64,000 nt of DNA from Bacteroidales bacterium (GTDB lineage Bacteria > Bacteroidota > Bacteroidia > Bacteroidales > P3). Below, piece after piece: positions 60,450-64,000 of this stretch (position 1 is the first letter of the stretch; every line of letters starts with the position of its first letter). The notes under the pieces are model-generated. The model ran no database searches. It had not been told where the DNA came from and saw only the letters and a list, made by a program, of their open reading frames with translations. The stretch covers positions 2,296-66,295 of the forward strand of contig JAVBNF010000002.1 in NCBI GenBank assembly GCA_031551725.1. Direction: 5' to 3'. Made by a program: the position numbers and the translations under genes.

Positions 60450-60688
60450 TGTCTTAATTTTTTACAAAGATAATAAAAATTTCGCAAAATGCGTAATGCA
60501 AAATGAGAAATTTTATAACTTATTAGTAATTAGCATCGCTTATAGGGATTGTTTGTCCAATGTGATTAATTCGTACTTTTATTGGGTTGAGAGCTAATAA
60601 AGAGCCTAAATTTCTTATATTGTAGAATCTCTTAGATTCTTTTGTACCTACTGTATTTTTTAATTCTGTATTCTTTATATTTATGCTT

Positions 60689-61430
60689 ATCTATAATAGT
60701 AGAAATTTAAAGGGTCGTCTTGACTTGTCGGATAATTCCCGAAAGTATCTTCCATCTACAATAGTAGAAATTTAAAGGGTCGTCTTGACCAATTCGACCA
60801 ACATAGGGCGCCCAACATCTACAATAGTAGAAATTTAAAGGGTCGTCTTGACGCAAGCAAGTGACAGGCTCGCAATCAACCATCTACAATAGTAGAAATT
60901 TAAAGGGTCGTCTTGACTATATGAAGCGCTATTATATGAGCCATATCTACAATAGTAGAAATTTAAAGGGTCGTCTTGACTAGATTTAGCCTACAAGGTT
61001 ATGTACGAATCTACAATAGTAGAAATTTAAAGGGTCGTCTTGACGATTTAGATAAGAATTTACGTGTATATTGCATCTACAATAGTAGAAATTTAAAGGG
61101 TCGTCTTGACTTGAAATATGGGAAAATGGTAAACAAAAATCTACAATAGTAGAAATTTAAAGGGTCGTCTTGACTTGAAATATGGGAAAATGGTAAACAA
61201 AAATCTACAATAGTAGAAATTTAAAGGGTCGTCTTGACGTTTCTTAACTCCGTCAATACGGTTGATATCTACAATAGTAGAAATTTAAAGGGTCGTCTTG
61301 ACTTGTTCCATTCGGAAGCTATCAATACGAATCTACAATAGTAGAAATTTAAAGGGTCGTCTTGACACATCGTCGGAATGCAGTAAATCCAGGGATCTAC
61401 AATAGTAGAAATTTAAAGGGTCGTCTTGAC
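60689..61430 (-). CRISPR. Type V-A CRISPR array: 12 x 36-nt repeats, 11 spacers of 27-30 nt (10 unique)
   Basis: Minus-strand repeat is GTCAAGACGACCCTTTAAATTTCTACTATTGTAGAT. Repeats start (plus strand) at 60689, 60754, 60817, 60882, 60945, 61009, 61075, 61139, 61203, 61267, 61331 and 61395. The leader-distal repeat carries one mismatch. Confidence 0.97.
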
Positions 61431-61613
61431 CCCATATGTCCAAAAGGACAGCGCAAAGATATAGATTTTTAATGAATTAAACAAATAGAAGAAATATGAT
61501 TTTTCTCCCACTTGATTCTTCGATTAAATGCAAACAATACGTCAAAGAGCTAAATGCCAGGATGATAATTTATTTATAATGGAGGCTGTTTCGAAAATAA
61601 AGACAGACCCTTG
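61431..61613 (-). promoter_or_regulatory. CRISPR leader with -7 promoter box (TATCTTTG on the minus strand at 61461-61454)
   Basis: AT-rich 183 nt between the cas2 stop and the first repeat. The box lies about 24 nt upstream of that repeat. Confidence 0.55.
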
Positions 61614-61889
61614 TTAATCGAAATAAATCAAATCCTGATCTCGATGAATGGCATTGCCATATTTAAGGGCTGTTTTTTCATCGGTACTGAAAATAAAAAC
61701 ACTGTCGCCTCCGCCAAATTTTTTCGAATAGTAGTTTTCAATTCGGATAATTAAATTGTCTAATATTCGCTTTGAATTATTGAGTTCGAAGACAGAATAC
61801 TGTAAACGAATACCGCCCTGTTTGATCAGTGTTTTGGAAAATTTTGCACGAAGTTTATTGTCCGAAATATCATAACTTACAACTAACAT
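61614..61889 (-). CDS. cas2: CRISPR-associated endoribonuclease Cas2
   Basis: MLVVSYDISDNKLRAKFSK.L...G.RLQYSVFE; adjacent to cas1 and the array. Confidence 0.92.
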   Translation of the reverse strand: MLVVSYDISDNKLRAKFSKTLIKQGGIRLQYSVFELNNSKRILDNLIIRIENYYSKKFGGGDSVFIFSTDEKTALKYGNAIHRDQDLIYFD

Positions 61890-61901
61890 AATTTTACAAA
61901 T

Positions 61902-62870
61902 TTAAATTAAAAACATTGGATAATCAGGAGCACTTTTGCGTCCCATAAAACAACGATAATATTGTTGCATGTATTTGAAAACATCAGATTTATGAGCGAT
62001 CAGTACATCATAAAACATTTTGGTATAAACACTGTTCTTTTCTCGCTTCAAAATATATTCATTTTTAATTAGCAAAAAATCTTCTTTTGTACATTGTTTG
62101 GTGTTGAATGCCTTACGCACTTGTGTGTCAATCAGGCAACGGAATGGTTCCATCAAATCGCAAATCAAGGATTTACGTTTGAACCACAATCGGTGGTAAA
62201 CGCCCACATACGGATCAAATCCGAATAAGCGGGTAAACGCCTCTATATAATTGAATAAAATGGTATAACCAATGTCCAAAGTGGCATTAACCGGATCGAT
62301 TTTGGTTCGTGGACTGCGCAATTTCCAATCGTGCTGTTCGAAGTAGGAAGCAAAAAAAGCTTTGGCAACTCCTCCTTCCAATCCCATTAAACTATCATAA
62401 TCATCAACAGTTGGTACGATTGACAAGTAGTTTATACATTTCTCTTTGGCTTCGGTTATTCGAGGCGATTTCATTCTTGTTTTTTCAAGCAACCGCAGTT
62501 GGTTACGAATTTTATTCTCTACCAATATCCGGGCTATTCGTAATTCTGTTTTCGGATATTCGTACTGCTTTTGGCGTAACAGATAATTGGCTTCGGCGGT
62601 AATGGAATAGAAAAAAACCGGACGAAAATTGGGCTTCATTACAACAATCGGAATACCATGCAATCGACATTTGTCGATCAAGGCGGTAGTAACTGTAATA
62701 TGTCCAATGACAAACAATGCCAATATCTTTTGAAAGGGTAGCTTGGTCAATGTTTTATTTTGTTCAACATCTTCCAGCAACAATTCACCGCTATGCACAC
62801 GAAGATTTTTCTCTTCAATGCTGTTGATTACAAAAACAGACCGGTATTCAATATCTTTATGAGTAAACAT
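61902..62870 (-). CDS. cas1: CRISPR-associated endonuclease Cas1
   Basis: 322 aa, positioned between cas4 and cas2. Cas1-like central and C-terminal region (..DPVNATLDIGYTILFN.., ..LMEPFR..). Confidence 0.9.
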   Translation of the reverse strand: MFTHKDIEYRSVFVINSIEEKNLRVHSGELLLEDVEQNKTLTKLPFQKILALFVIGHITVTTALIDKCRLHGIPIVVMKPNFRPVFFYSITAEANYLLRQKQYEYPKTELRIARILVENKIRNQLRLLEKTRMKSPRITEAKEKCINYLSIVPTVDDYDSLMGLEGGVAKAFFASYFEQHDWKLRSPRTKIDPVNATLDIGYTILFNYIEAFTRLFGFDPYVGVYHRLWFKRKSLICDLMEPFRCLIDTQVRKAFNTKQCTKEDFLLIKNEYILKREKNSVYTKMFYDVLIAHKSDVFKYMQQYYRCFMGRKSAPDYPMFLI

Positions 62871-63423
62871 TTTCCGTATTCGTTTTATCGCACAAATTGC
62901 AGTAAATGCAATGCGTGCATTTGTTTGGATTTATTTGAATTTCCTGAGCAGGGTCATACGTTTTGAAACGATGGATAAATTGTTTTAATTCATTTCGTTG
63001 CTCTTCTTCGGGAATTTCTACCGGAAAAGTGCTATTCGTCGAAATAGCATAGAATGCTAAATTTTCTACTTCATAACCCATTTCAACCATGCAGAAATAC
63101 TGCGCCCACAGCTGATAAATCTGTCCTTGATAGATTTTCAGCAGTTTATGTTTGCGTTCAATCAACAGTTTTTCGTTGCCTTTATACAAATCGATTTTCC
63201 CGCAAATACCCAAATCATTGCTATATACGCCAATTCCGGAAATATCGGCTTTGCGGCTGCTGTATTTTTTTTGATCAATCGCTTCATGGCTTGCCGTGCC
63301 TTGCGTTTGAGGTGCAGCCTTTACCAAATCTTCGCCCCCACCCATATACACATTGTGCAGGTAGATGGAATAGGGACAGAAGATAAAGTCGTTCAATTCG
63401 GATATAGGTATGTAGTCGTGCAT
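62857..63423 (-). CDS. cas4: CRISPR-associated exonuclease Cas4
   Basis: N-terminal Cys (FCPYS) plus C-terminal CTHCIYCNLC for an Fe-S cluster. RecB-type motif GKIDL...IERK. Confidence 0.9.
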   Translation of the reverse strand: MHDYIPISELNDFIFCPYSIYLHNVYMGGGEDLVKAAPQTQGTASHEAIDQKKYSSRKADISGIGVYSNDLGICGKIDLYKGNEKLLIERKHKLLKIYQGQIYQLWAQYFCMVEMGYEVENLAFYAISTNSTFPVEIPEEEQRNELKQFIHRFKTYDPAQEIQINPNKCTHCIYCNLCDKTNTENVYS

Positions 63424-63425
63424 GG

Positions 63426-64000
63426 TTATTTATTAGTCTTTTGTACAAACTGCAACCATTCTTTGTTTGGACACCATTGGCTTACTTTCTTCTTTTTCTT
63501 ATCCCCTTTTTCAAATGTTATCTCTTTAGGTTCTTTGAGCCCATTAAATTCAGCAACAGCCTTTTCTTTTTCTTCAGTTTTATCTAATTGCTTTAATAGC
63601 CACAAGCCTTTGCGAGCAATGTTGTAAGCGCCGTTGGCATCGGCATCGACAGGTAGTACCGATTTCCATTTTCCATGCTCAGTCTTCCCTTTTTGTATTT
63701 CCACTTCGCTACTAAAAAATGTATTTGAACCTTTTTTCAATTCAACCGATGAAACAATAGTGTCGTGTTCCATATTATTCTCATCTTTCCATGTATGTCG
63801 TAGTGATAGCAATGCTGAAAGACATTTTAATAATTCTTCAAAAAATGCAGCATCTTGGATATTAATAATAGATTTTTTCAAACAATTACCATTGTTATAA
63901 GCAATATTTTTCTCTTTAAATAAGCGGATCAATTGATCATTAACATTAATTTGTTGCCGTATCCATTTGTTATTTAGCTGCACAGACATTGAACGCTTTG
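63426..64000 (-). CDS. cas12a: Cas12a (Cpf1) C-terminal ~190 aa (Nuc/RuvC-III region); the rest of the gene is beyond the window
   Basis: PVDADANGAYNIARKGLWLLKQL (RuvC-III) and LLSLRHT...DTIVSSV (Nuc region). ORF open to nt 64000. The repeat carries the canonical Cas12a handle. Confidence 0.9.
   Translation of the reverse strand, partial: KRSMSVQLNNKWIRQQINVNDQLIRLFKEKNIAYNNGNCLKKSIINIQDAAFFEELLKCLSALLSLRHTWKDENNMEHDTIVSSVELKKGSNTFFSSEVEIQKGKTEHGKWKSVLPVDADANGAYNIARKGLWLLKQLDKTEEKEKAVAEFNGLKEPKEITFEKGDKKKKKVSQWCPNKEWLQFVQKTNK

Noticed and set aside
60460-60688. tracrRNA or a second effector gene downstream of the array
   Set aside because: Type V-A needs no tracrRNA, and there is no ORF. 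Only the degenerate inverted repeat-like segment at 60604-60628 was retained as a finding.

Overview
AT-rich Bacteroidota-type chromosomal segment, judged from TAnnTTTG -7 promoter boxes close to start codons, gldH and a T9SS type-B sorting domain. Most of it is core genome. It holds the 3' 8.2 kb of a giant T9SS-secreted adhesin-like protein, prmC-truA, dnaX, zapA-(candidate 6S-like RNA)-rny, dnaA, rarA and PSP1/ricT-gldH-PBP1A. A complete str/S10/spc/alpha ribosomal-protein supercluster (rpsL to rplQ) spans about 27.2-45.9 kb. After it come rarD, mnmA, tRNA-Ala(TGC), two YitT paralogues, fba, outer-membrane proteins and plsC-queD-apbE. The accessory or unusual content is as follows. (1) Two paralogous secreted FISUMP-domain genes are each preceded by a conserved ~175-nt rod-like leader element with compensatory stem changes; I cannot assign it to a named RNA family, and it is the most novel-looking signal here. 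(2) An ORF6N gene carries an in-frame perfect 18-bp hairpin. (3) Many short word-type tandem repeats and GTAGGGGC-type palindromes occur, some inside ORFs. (4) At the right edge there is a minus-strand type V-A CRISPR-Cas locus: cas12a (cut by the window end)-cas4-cas1-cas2-leader-12 repeats/11 spacers. I saw no rRNA, transposase or integrase. All calls rest on reading the sequence and ORF translations and on remembered family motifs; no database search was possible.
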